Positions 29,642-38,700 of a DNA stretch of 64,000 nt are shown piece by piece. Made by a program: the position numbers and the translations under genes. The notes below the pieces were generated by a model. The model made no database searches and was not told the origin of the DNA. It saw only the letters and a program-made list of their open reading frames with translations. Where the stretch lies: NCBI GenBank assembly GCA_016872645.1, contig VGZH01000017.1:4626-68625 (forward strand), in the 5' to 3' direction. Each line of letters begins with the position of its first letter. Within the stretch, counting starts at the first letter, position 1. The stretch comes from Planctomycetota bacterium. Lineage in GTDB: Bacteria; Planctomycetota; Planctomycetia; Planctomycetales; Planctomycetaceae.

Positions 29642-30016
29642 TCAATCGGCCGACACCCAACGGTCGGCCGCCCAATCGCGGAGTTCGGTAATTCGTTCGG
29701 CCATCAGCACCGAGAGCGGCCGCGTCTTCGACATCTTCTCGAAGATGTGGCGATCCTGCAGTTCGACTCCCTCTTGGAACGCACCGTACATCGCGCTGAG
29801 GATTGCTTGCTCTAGCTCGGCCCCGTTGAAGCCGTCGAAAGCTTCGGCCAATTAGTCGAGATCGAACTTCACCGTATCGCGTTCACGCCGCAGCAGGTGG
29901 ATCGAGAGGATGTTCGTCCGCGCTTCGGATGTCGGCAGGTCCACGAAGAAAACTTCGTTGAAGCGGCCTTTGCGCATCAGTTCGGGGTCAAGCGGGATTT
30001 GAGCGTGGAGGGCATC
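29642..30016 (-). pseudogene. AAA+ ATPase C-terminal remnant with an internal nonsense codon
   Basis: My reverse-strand translation is [79 protein letters not shown]...LSVLMAERITELRDWAADRWVSAD. It includes the sensor-2/lid region. The Walker A/B part is absent. There is an in-frame TAA at 29852-29854 and a stop upstream at 30017-30019. Confidence 0.6.
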
Positions 30017-30037
30017 TCAACCCGGCCGCCAAGGAAA

Positions 30038-31138
30038 TCAAAGTTTCGCGTCGATGTTGACCCACGTCCTCTTCTCAAATGATTCGAGCGTCGCGTCAGC
30101 GACTGCTTGAGCCAAAGCTCCATGATCGAAGCCCGGCACGCAGTCGCGCCCTTCAACGATCGCACTGACGAATTCCCAAACTAAATCATAACGGAAGACA
30201 GTGCTCGGCACGCCGTCGTTGGGATTCCGCGGGCTGCCGGGAATGACGAGGAACTCGCGCGGCACCGCTTGCTTCTGCATCGTGCCGCCGTGCTTGCCGA
30301 TGACGATGTTGTTCGGATCGGTGAGCTGATAGGCGGCCGATCCGTCGCTGCCGTTGACCTCGGCCCACTCGTAGCCGAAGCCATTGTTGTGATGCCCCTT
30401 CATCAGCGTGCTCCCTTCCCACACGCCGGTCGCTCCACTTTCGAACAGGCCGATCAACGACGACCAGTCATCGACTTCCGACGGAGCACACGCTTGGCCA
30501 TCGTTCGTCTTGTCGCGCTTCGCATACTGAGCGACCGCGCCGCAAATCGTTTTGATCGGCCCCATCAGGTCCATCGAGAAGTCGATCCGGTGAATCGTCA
30601 TGTCAAAGAGATCGCCGGCCCCGGCCAGCTTCTTGTACTGACGCCAGCCCCAACTCGTTTCCGGCCAATCGAGGAACCGCTGACTGCGGAAGTGCCGAGG
30701 CGTGCCGAGTGCTCCGGTTTTCACGAGATGCCGCACGTACCTCATCGAAGGAGCGAACCGGTAGGTAAACGCCGTCATGTGCCGCAGATTCTTGTCGCGA
30801 GCCGCTCGAAACATCTCGGCGGATTCGGAGAAGTTCAGCCCCAGCGGCTTTTCGCACATCACATGCTTGCCGCCGGCGATGCAGGCCAGCGCGATCGGTT
30901 TGTGCGTGAAGTTCGGCGTCGCAATAATGACCGCATCGATGTCTGGGTCATTGGCGATTTCCTCGAACTGAGTCGTCTTCTTCGTCGGTCCCCAGTCCTT
31001 CTGCCGCTGATTAAGCAGTTGTTCATTCGGATCGCAGACAGCGACCAACTCACAGCGGGAGTCGATCCGAATTCCGGGGACATGGTGATAATCAGAAACC
31101 GCGCCGGCTCCGATGATGGCGATGCGAACTTTGGGCAT
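30038..31138 (-). CDS. Gfo/Idh/MocA-family oxidoreductase
   Basis: Rossmann opening KVRIAIIGAGAVSDYH and an EKPL motif (MCEKPLG). The ATG at 31138 and the upstream TTG at 31150 are both possible starts. Confidence 0.9.
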   Translation of the reverse strand: MPKVRIAIIGAGAVSDYHHVPGIRIDSRCELVAVCDPNEQLLNQRQKDWGPTKKTTQFEEIANDPDIDAVIIATPNFTHKPIALACIAGGKHVMCEKPLGLNFSESAEMFRAARDKNLRHMTAFTYRFAPSMRYVRHLVKTGALGTPRHFRSQRFLDWPETSWGWRQYKKLAGAGDLFDMTIHRIDFSMDLMGPIKTICGAVAQYAKRDKTNDGQACAPSEVDDWSSLIGLFESGATGVWEGSTLMKGHHNNGFGYEWAEVNGSDGSAAYQLTDPNNIVIGKHGGTMQKQAVPREFLVIPGSPRNPNDGVPSTVFRYDLVWEFVSAIVEGRDCVPGFDHGALAQAVADATLESFEKRTWVNIDAKL

Positions 31139-31347
31139 GGTGAAAGGCAAATGGTTTGAGGTTCAGGGTTGATCAGAAACGAGGCGGAAGAATGAGGAAA
31201 AGCAAGGGCGATGGGAAGAGCCAACGTAGCCGCCGCAGCCATCACGTTTCCAACTAGCTCCGGCGGTCAATAAAGTGGCCACCGACCGGGAGACTTAATC
31301 TTCCGTCTCGCCTGCGTTTTTGCCCGCCTCTGTCTGCTCAGGAGTTC

Positions 31348-34300
31348 GTGATGTTGCGATCCGCTGTGTTGTTGATTTTTGTCGTGATCGGTTTGGGGAT
31401 CGTCGTTCGAGCGGCGGATTCGACGCCGACGGAAGCCGAATACAAATCGGCCTGGCACAAGTTGACGGTGCCGGGGACTTGGGACGATCAGTCGAATGGT
31501 GTGCTCGCCAAATTCGACGGGATCGCGTGGTATCGGGCCGAGGCCAAAATTCCGGCCGAGTGGCAATCGACCCAAGTGACGCTCGGTACCGAGCAGATCG
31601 ACAACGCTCATGAGGCGTACTTCAACGGCGTGAAGCTGGGTGGGGCGGGAGCCTTTCCTCCCAAGTACGAAAGCGGTTTGAAGGAACTCAAGAAATACGT
31701 CGTTCCCTCGGAACATATCCGCTACGGTGAGCCGAACGTCATCGCGATTCGGGTTTACGACCATGACGGCAAAGGAGGCTTCAAAGGAGCGGCTCCCAGC
31801 GTCAGCGCCGGTGGGCAGACGATTCGCATGGAAGGGAAATGGAATTTTCGACTCGGTGATGATCCGGTCTTTGCCGCTCGCGTCGACGACAAGAACGCCA
31901 CGAAGCTGCCCAGCGATCCGGCGTCGTTCAGCAAGATTCTCGCATCGCCGCACAGTGCTCCCGCCGGGAAGGCCCCGACCGATTACACGCCGATCGTTCC
32001 GCCGAATGAGGCGTTGAAAACATTCACTGTGCCGGACGATCTCAAGCTGGAACTGGTGCTCGCCGAGCCACACGTCAAGCAACCGCTACACATGACCTGG
32101 GACGAGCGGGGTCGGCTGTGGGTCGTGCAGTATTTGCAGTATCCGTATCCGGCCGGGCTGAAGATGGTCAGCAAGGACGTCTTCTGGCGCGCCGTCTACG
32201 ACAAAGTGCCACCGCCGCCGCCGCAGGGTGAGCCGGGACTCGACAAAATCACGATTCACGAAGATACCGACGGTGACGGCAACCTCGATAAGCATTCGAC
32301 GTTTTTGGATGGTCTGAATATCGCGACGTCGTTGGCTCTCGACCGCGACGGCGTATGGGTGATGAACCCGCCGTACTTGCTGTACTATGCCGACAAGAAT
32401 CACGACGACGTGCCTGACGGCGATCCGGAAGTTCATCTCCAAGGCTTCGGCCTCGAAGACACGCACTCGGTCGCGAACTCGCTGAGATGGGGGCCGGACG
32501 GCTGGCTCTATGGCTGCCAAGGGAGCACGACCAGCAGCGCGGTTCTGCGGCCGGGGCTCGACAAGCTGCCGGTTCATTCGATGGGACAGCTCATCTGGCG
32601 CTATCACCCGGCAACGCGCCGCTTCGAGATTTATTCCGAGGGAGGCGGCAACTCGTTTGGTTGCGAGATCGACGCTGAAGGCCGAGTCTTCTCCGGCCAC
32701 AATGGTGGCGACACACGCGGCTTCCACTACGTTCAAGGGGGCTATTACCAAAAGGGATTCAACAAGCACGGACCGCTGTCGAACCCGTACGCCAACGGCT
32801 ACTTCAACGCGATGGGGCACGCGAATGTGCCGCGGTTCACGCACAACTTCGTGATCGACGCTGGAGCTGCGTTGCCGGAACCGCATCGCGGCCACCTGTT
32901 TGGTGTCGAGCCGTTGCAAGGGCGCGTCGTCGAAGCGGAATTGTCGAATGATCGCTCGTCGTTCAAGACGAAAGACTTGGGCTACTCAATCACCTCGACC
33001 GATCCACGCTTCCGCCCGGTCGAAATCAAAGCCGGCCCCGACGGAGCCATCTATGTCGCCGATATGTACGAGCCGCAGATCGCGCATCGCCAACACTTCC
33101 AAGGCTTGATCGACAAAGACAACGGCCGCATCTACCGACTGTCGGCCAAGAACTCCGCGCGGTCGAAGCAGGTGGACCTCGGCAAGAAGTCGACGGCCGA
33201 ACTGGTCGAGCATCTGCAGCAGCCGAACAAGTGGCAGCGTCAATCGGCCCTGCGACTCATCAGTCAGCGCCGCGATCGAACCGTGCTGCCATTGCTGAAA
33301 AAGAACATCGAATCGAGCACGGGCCTCTTCGCGTTGGAGTGTCTGTGGGCGACGTACCAGCTCGGAGGACTTGACGATGCATTTGCGCAGAAGTGCCTGG
33401 CTCACAAAGAGCCGCTTGTTCGCGAATGGACGGTACGATTCGCCGCTGATCTGCCGCTCGATCTCGCCGCCGCTGCGAATGCGACCGGCCGCGCTGTGCC
33501 GGGACCGCGCGAAGTTCAGGACGCGCACCTGACGGGGCATCGCTTCGCCGAAACGCGAACGTCGATCCCGCTGGCTCGCAAGTTGGTCGATGTTGCCAAG
33601 TCGGAAACCTACGTCCGAGTCCGCAGCCAACTTGCTTCGACCGCCAAACGACTGCCCGCCGATCAAGCTTTGCCGCTGATCGACGCGCTGATCACGCACA
33701 ACGAAGACGCTGACGATCTTCACATCCCGCTGCTGCTATGGTGGGCGCTGGAATCGAAAGCCACGAAAAGCTCGGCCGCGATCATCGGGCTGTACAAAAA
33801 ACCGGAAGTCTGGAAGCGGACGCTGGTCGAAAAGCATCTGGCCTTGCGCACGATGCAGCGATTTGCTCAGTCTGGGACGCGCAACGATTTGCTCATCGGC
33901 GCGGAATTGTTGGCGAATGCTCCGACCATTGAACACAAGCAGGAGCTTCTGAAAGGATTCGAAGCGGCGTTCAAGGGTCGACCGCTCAGCGGTCTGCCCG
34001 ATGAACTCGTCAAGGCAATTACCGAAGCCGGCGGCGGGTCGCTTGCGTTGCGAGTCCGCCAGAAAGACGCGGCAGCTATCGTGGAGGCGCTTAAACTTGC
34101 TGCCGTCGAACCGGCGTCCTCACCCGATCCGAAACAGAAAGCGGCCGCCGAAGAAGCCAAGACGCGGCGTATCGAACTCGTGCAAACGCTTGGTGAAGTT
34201 CAGCCGAGCGGTTCGGTGAACGTCCTGGTCGCGATTGCAAAGTCTTCGGCGGACAACGATGTTCGTGCGGCCGCGCTTACCGCATTGCTCGGTTTCAAAG

Positions 34301-35022
34301 ACGAAGTGATCGGCTCGGAAGTGCTGACCGTCTTCTCCAGCTTACACGACGATGTACAGTCGGTCGCGCTGACGCTGCTCACCAGCCGTGCTGCCTGGGC
34401 CACACAACTGTTGGAGGCGATCGACGCTGGTGCGCTGAAGCCAGATGTACTGCCCCTCGACGTCGTCCGAAAGCTGACGTTCCTCAAAGGGGACAAGCTG
34501 GCCGCACTGGTCAAAAAGCACTGGCCGAAGCTCGAGGGTGCCAGCACGGCGGAGATGCAAGAGCTGATTGCTCGGTTCGCATCAGTCGCCAAGTCGGAAG
34601 GGGGTGAGCCGTTTGAGGGCAAGAAAATCTTCATGCAGTCCTGCGGCAAGTGTCATCTGCTGTTCGGAGAAGGAGGCCGCATCGGTCCCGACCTGACCGC
34701 GTTCAAACGAAACGACGTGAATCACATCCTCACCAACGTCATCAACCCGAGCGCGGAGATTCGAGAAGGCTTCGAGGCAATCGTCGTCATCACAACCGAC
34801 GGTCGTACAATCACCGGCTTCCGCGCGGATCAAGACGCCCGGGTTTTGGTTGTCCGAGGCATTGACGGTCAGAACATTTCGATCAACCGCGACGACATCG
34901 AAGAAACAGTCCCGCTCAAGAAATCGCTGATGCCTGAAGGACTACTTAATAATCTGACCGACGAACAGGTCCGCAATCTGTTCACCTACTTGCGAGTCGG
35001 TCAGCCGTTGAACTCGCAGTAG
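31348..35022 (+). CDS. PVC-type heme-binding CxxCH protein with an N-terminal galactose-binding-like (GH2 sugar-binding-like) domain
   Basis: Signal peptide. The WYRAEAKIPAEW...AYFNGVKLG...IAIRVYD jelly-roll-like segment is followed by a dehydrogenase-like propeller region, HEAT-like repeats, and a C-terminal CGKCHLLFGEGG and LMPEGL. Confidence 0.85.
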   Translation: MMLRSAVLLIFVVIGLGIVVRAADSTPTEAEYKSAWHKLTVPGTWDDQSNGVLAKFDGIAWYRAEAKIPAEWQSTQVTLGTEQIDNAHEAYFNGVKLGGAGAFPPKYESGLKELKKYVVPSEHIRYGEPNVIAIRVYDHDGKGGFKGAAPSVSAGGQTIRMEGKWNFRLGDDPVFAARVDDKNATKLPSDPASFSKILASPHSAPAGKAPTDYTPIVPPNEALKTFTVPDDLKLELVLAEPHVKQPLHMTWDERGRLWVVQYLQYPYPAGLKMVSKDVFWRAVYDKVPPPPPQGEPGLDKITIHEDTDGDGNLDKHSTFLDGLNIATSLALDRDGVWVMNPPYLLYYADKNHDDVPDGDPEVHLQGFGLEDTHSVANSLRWGPDGWLYGCQGSTTSSAVLRPGLDKLPVHSMGQLIWRYHPATRRFEIYSEGGGNSFGCEIDAEGRVFSGHNGGDTRGFHYVQGGYYQKGFNKHGPLSNPYANGYFNAMGHANVPRFTHNFVIDAGAALPEPHRGHLFGVEPLQGRVVEAELSNDRSSFKTKDLGYSITSTDPRFRPVEIKAGPDGAIYVADMYEPQIAHRQHFQGLIDKDNGRIYRLSAKNSARSKQVDLGKKSTAELVEHLQQPNKWQRQSALRLISQRRDRTVLPLLKKNIESSTGLFALECLWATYQLGGLDDAFAQKCLAHKEPLVREWTVRFAADLPLDLAAAANATGRAVPGPREVQDAHLTGHRFAETRTSIPLARKLVDVAKSETYVRVRSQLASTAKRLPADQALPLIDALITHNEDADDLHIPLLLWWALESKATKSSAAIIGLYKKPEVWKRTLVEKHLALRTMQRFAQSGTRNDLLIGAELLANAPTIEHKQELLKGFEAAFKGRPLSGLPDELVKAITEAGGGSLALRVRQKDAAAIVEALKLAAVEPASSPDPKQKAAAEEAKTRRIELVQTLGEVQPSGSVNVLVAIAKSSADNDVRAAALTALLGFKDEVIGSEVLTVFSSLHDDVQSVALTLLTSRAAWATQLLEAIDAGALKPDVLPLDVVRKLTFLKGDKLAALVKKHWPKLEGASTAEMQELIARFASVAKSEGGEPFEGKKIFMQSCGKCHLLFGEGGRIGPDLTAFKRNDVNHILTNVINPSAEIREGFEAIVVITTDGRTITGFRADQDARVLVVRGIDGQNISINRDDIEETVPLKKSLMPEGLLNNLTDEQVRNLFTYLRVGQPLNSQ

Positions 35023-35063
35023 TCCCAATCGCCAATCAAGAATCTCAAATCGAAAGTCCCATC

Positions 35064-35657
35064 ATGTGGTTCACAGAAACCCCCTGGCCGCCGATTATTG
35101 GCCTGTGTTTTGTGGGCGTGTTGCTGTTTTTGGGATGGATGTCACAGCGGAACACGGGTTTCCTGGCGGGTGTCGCTTTGTGCCTCGCGTTGTGCGGGAT
35201 TGTGTTTTTCGTCGAGCAACAGGTTGTCACCGAGCGTGAGCGGGTCGAGCAGCGATTGCTGGATTTCGCGGTGGCGTTCCAGCAGGACTCGCTGCGGAAA
35301 GGGTTAGTGAATTTAGTGGTCCCCGGGCCTGAGCCAGCCACGCTGAGTTACATCTCGGCATCGGCGGATAGCACCAAGCGAATGGCGGAAGCCGCGTTGA
35401 GCTACGTCGATCTCCCTGAAGCGGTCCGAATTTCAGACGTGCGAACGACGATGAGCAACAGTGACTCGCGGGCAGTCACGCAGTTTCGAGCTTCAGCTAC
35501 CGTGAAAGCCGGAAGCGATTCGGATGGCGTTCACTATCCGACTCGCTGGGAACTGACGTGGCAGCGGGAAAAGGGAGACTGGAAGATTCTTCGTGCCACT
35601 CGATTGCACTTCAACACCGGCGAGGCGTTGCAAAACCCGTTCACAAATCGCGAATAG
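35064..35657 (+). CDS. Hypothetical membrane protein (two N-terminal TM helices plus a small NTF2/SnoaL-like C-domain)
   Basis: Hydrophobic N-terminus PIIGLCFVGVLLFLGW and FLAGVALCLALCGIVFFV. The C-terminal segment WELTWQREKGDWKI is typical of NTF2-like folds. Confidence 0.55.
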   Translation: MWFTETPWPPIIGLCFVGVLLFLGWMSQRNTGFLAGVALCLALCGIVFFVEQQVVTERERVEQRLLDFAVAFQQDSLRKGLVNLVVPGPEPATLSYISASADSTKRMAEAALSYVDLPEAVRISDVRTTMSNSDSRAVTQFRASATVKAGSDSDGVHYPTRWELTWQREKGDWKILRATRLHFNTGEALQNPFTNRE

Positions 35658-35750
35658 TCGGGCAGGCACTTCAGCCCGTGCCGAGTGTTTCGAAAAATGT
35701 CGATTCCAAATCGAATCAGCCAGGAAAGCGTGATTCACAAGGAGACAGAC

Positions 35751-38700
35751 ATGTCCGTGCCTCACCTCTCTGGTGCCGGCGATCAAAGAACGGAATCTCC
35801 CAAGGAGGCGACGTTGGTCGATGACACTCCCGCCAAAACATCGGGCGCGACTCCCAACCAGACGGTGGCTGAGCAGAGCGAACGAGACGAAGTGACGATT
35901 GTTGATCGGTCAATCAGATCGGGCACCGCGCGGTCTGGATCGAACGAGGCCGATGATCGAGACGCAACCATTACGGAGGGGGCGCCGGTTTTTCAGCAGT
36001 CCGAGTCCGCCGTTCAGACCGTCATCGATCCAAAGGCTCAGGATGCGTGTCTCGCGAGTCCCGAGTTTCAGACGAGTGCCGACTCGAGTTCCGCAGCAAG
36101 AGATTGGGCACCAACCAAAGGAGCGACCGAAGCCGCATGGCCGCAACCATCGCCGAGTGTGGCGAAGAAACCACAGACGTCACAACGGCCGCAGTTGGAG
36201 GATCGGTATCAGCTGCTCGACAACTTTGCACGCGGCGGCTTGGGCAATATTTGGCGGGCCAAAGACTCCATCATCCATCGCGAAATCGCGTTTAAAGAGC
36301 TGCTGCCGAAGGCGTTGAAGAACCCTCGCATCGTCGAGCGCTTTCTTGAAGAGGCACAAATCACCGGACAGCTTGAGCATCCCGGCATCGTGCCCATCTA
36401 CGACGTCGGCTACCAAGAAAACGGGACTCCATTCTACGCCATGAAGCTGCTGAAGGGCGGCAACATGGAAGAGGCGATCGAAACGCTGCACATCCTGCCG
36501 CGCGGAAGCACCGAGCGGCAGTTGGCCTTCACGCGACTATTGAGGCAGTTCATCGCAGTTTGCCAGGCGGTGGGGTTCGCGCACGAAAAGGGGGTGCTGC
36601 ACCGCGACCTCAAACCGCTCAACGTGATGATCGGCCAATTTGGTGAGACTATGGTGCTCGACTGGGGTCTGGCCAAGGTGGTCGATGCGCTCGGCGAACA
36701 CCAAATCGCGACCGACTCGGACGGACAACTCGACAACGCCAAACCTTCGGCCGATGACCACACGCTGGCGGAATCACCCACCTCCGATACAAACGTCGCC
36801 ACCACGAAAGCTGGGGCCACCGGGACCGCCCCTTCAAACATCGGTGCAACCCGCGCCGCGGCGACTTCCGCCGCCGACCCGCAGACGGCACGAACCGAAC
36901 CGGGAACCTTCTTTCGCCGCCAAGTCACGACGGATGCTCGCACCGCCGGCAGCCAAACCATGATGGGCCAGATCATGGGAACACCGGCGTACATGCCGCC
37001 AGAACAGGCGCGTGGATTGATCAACGAACTCGACGCGCGGACCGACATTTATTCGCTGGGAGGCATCCTCTACAAGCTGCTCACCAACCAATCGCCGGTG
37101 GCGAAAGGCAAAGCGCAAGACGTGCTTGCCAAAGTCATCAGCGGGCAAATCGTCCGACCGCGCGAGATCGATTCGACCATCCCGGCACCGCTTGAGGCGA
37201 TCTGTCGCAAGGCCATGGCATTGCTGCAGGCCGATCGCTACCAGAGGGCACTGGATCTTGCCGCTGATGTCGAGTCCTGGCTGGCCGACGAACCGGTTTC
37301 CGTCTTCCCCGAGCCGTGGCACGAGCGATTTCGTCGCTGGAGAAAACGGCATCGCGCGCTGGTCTTCGGTTCGACAGTGGCAGCCGTTGTGGTTCTGTGC
37401 GGTTCGATCGCGTGGATTTGGCTGGAATCCAGCCGCGTCGAAAGTCTGCGACTGGCCGCGCAATCGAAGGTGGATGCCGCTGGCATCGCCGCCAAGGATT
37501 CGGACCTTGCGAAGGCCACGACGCTGCTGAGGGAGGCACTGGGCCAAGTCCAAGCTGAATCGAAGCTGACGCAATTTCGCGAGACCATTCAAGGCAATCT
37601 GGATTACGTCGGCCGTCTGCAAGCTGCCGCCGAACAGGCCCGGCTCGCCGAGTTGCGCACAAAAACGTCTCGACTTCTCGAAGAGGCCCAGCAAGCGACC
37701 AACACCGCGAGGGATTTTGCCCATGCTCGCACGCTGCTGACCGAGGCGGTCACGCTCCTGGCGAAGGAAACCTCGCTCGCCGAACTGCATCGACAAGCAC
37801 AATCGCTGTTGGCCGACGTCAACCAGTCACTCGCGGAGCAATCTGAGGTCGATGCCGCGAAGGCACAGCTTGCCAAGTTCATGGCAACGGTCGAGCAAGT
37901 TCGCGTGCATGGCAGCAATCTCTCCGGCCAGGATTCGACGGATGACCTTCGCGAGGCCCGTAAACTGGGCCTCGCCGGATTGGAATTGTTCGCCATCGAC
38001 TTCAAGCAGACGGAGAAGCTTGATCCACGTCTCACGCTCATTGGCCCCGACGCCATCGAGACGTGGCGCAGCGGCGCGTTCGAATTGTTGTTCACGGTCG
38101 CACAAGTCGAGATCAATCTCGCGAATAGGGATCAGCCGGCAGAGTTTCAGAGAGCCGCCCAACGCAGTCTCGACCGATTGCAAGAGGCCGACCATCTGGG
38201 ACGCACATCTCCAGTGGTCGCCGCGCTGAAAGCACAATTGCTGGAGAGTCTCGGCAAGACCGAAGAGGCTCAGGCAGCGCTCAAGGAAATGGCAACGATT
38301 CCAGCTCGCACTCGCTTCGATCACTTCTTCCTTGGTGAAATGGATCGATTGCGACACGATTACAAATCCGCGCTGTCTCACTATCAGGATGCTTTGCAAG
38401 TCGCCCCCGACGATTTCTGGTCATTGAACATGATTGGTTATTGTCACCTGTATTCGCAGGACACGGCGGCGGCGACCGCTGCCTACACCGCTTGCATCGC
38501 TCGCCGCCCCAAGGTGTTCTGGCCGTATGTTGTGCGTGGCTATGCCTTCGGCGAGTTGAAGCAGTACGAGAAAGCTCAACGTGATTTCGACAAGGCGCTG
38601 GAACTTGAACCGCAGTCTTATCATGTCTTCTTGAATCGCGGTGTCGTGTTCCTGAAGAAAAAGGATTACGCCGCAGCGCGAGCCGATTTCGTCAAGGCCG

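Noticed and set aside
29553-29675. Upstream start (29675) for the DUF1553 gene.
   Set aside because: The extra 41 aa are not signal-like and overlap the AAA+ remnant. The Met at 29552 is followed by a classical signal peptide.
35455-35485. gtgactcg-cgggc-agtcac hairpin inside the 35064-35657 CDS (peptide SNSDSRAVT) as a fifth, decayed copy of palindromic element family 1.
   Set aside because: Only a 6-bp stem and the gactcg hexamer are shared. There is no AATT core and no second hairpin. The similarity is within chance expectation.
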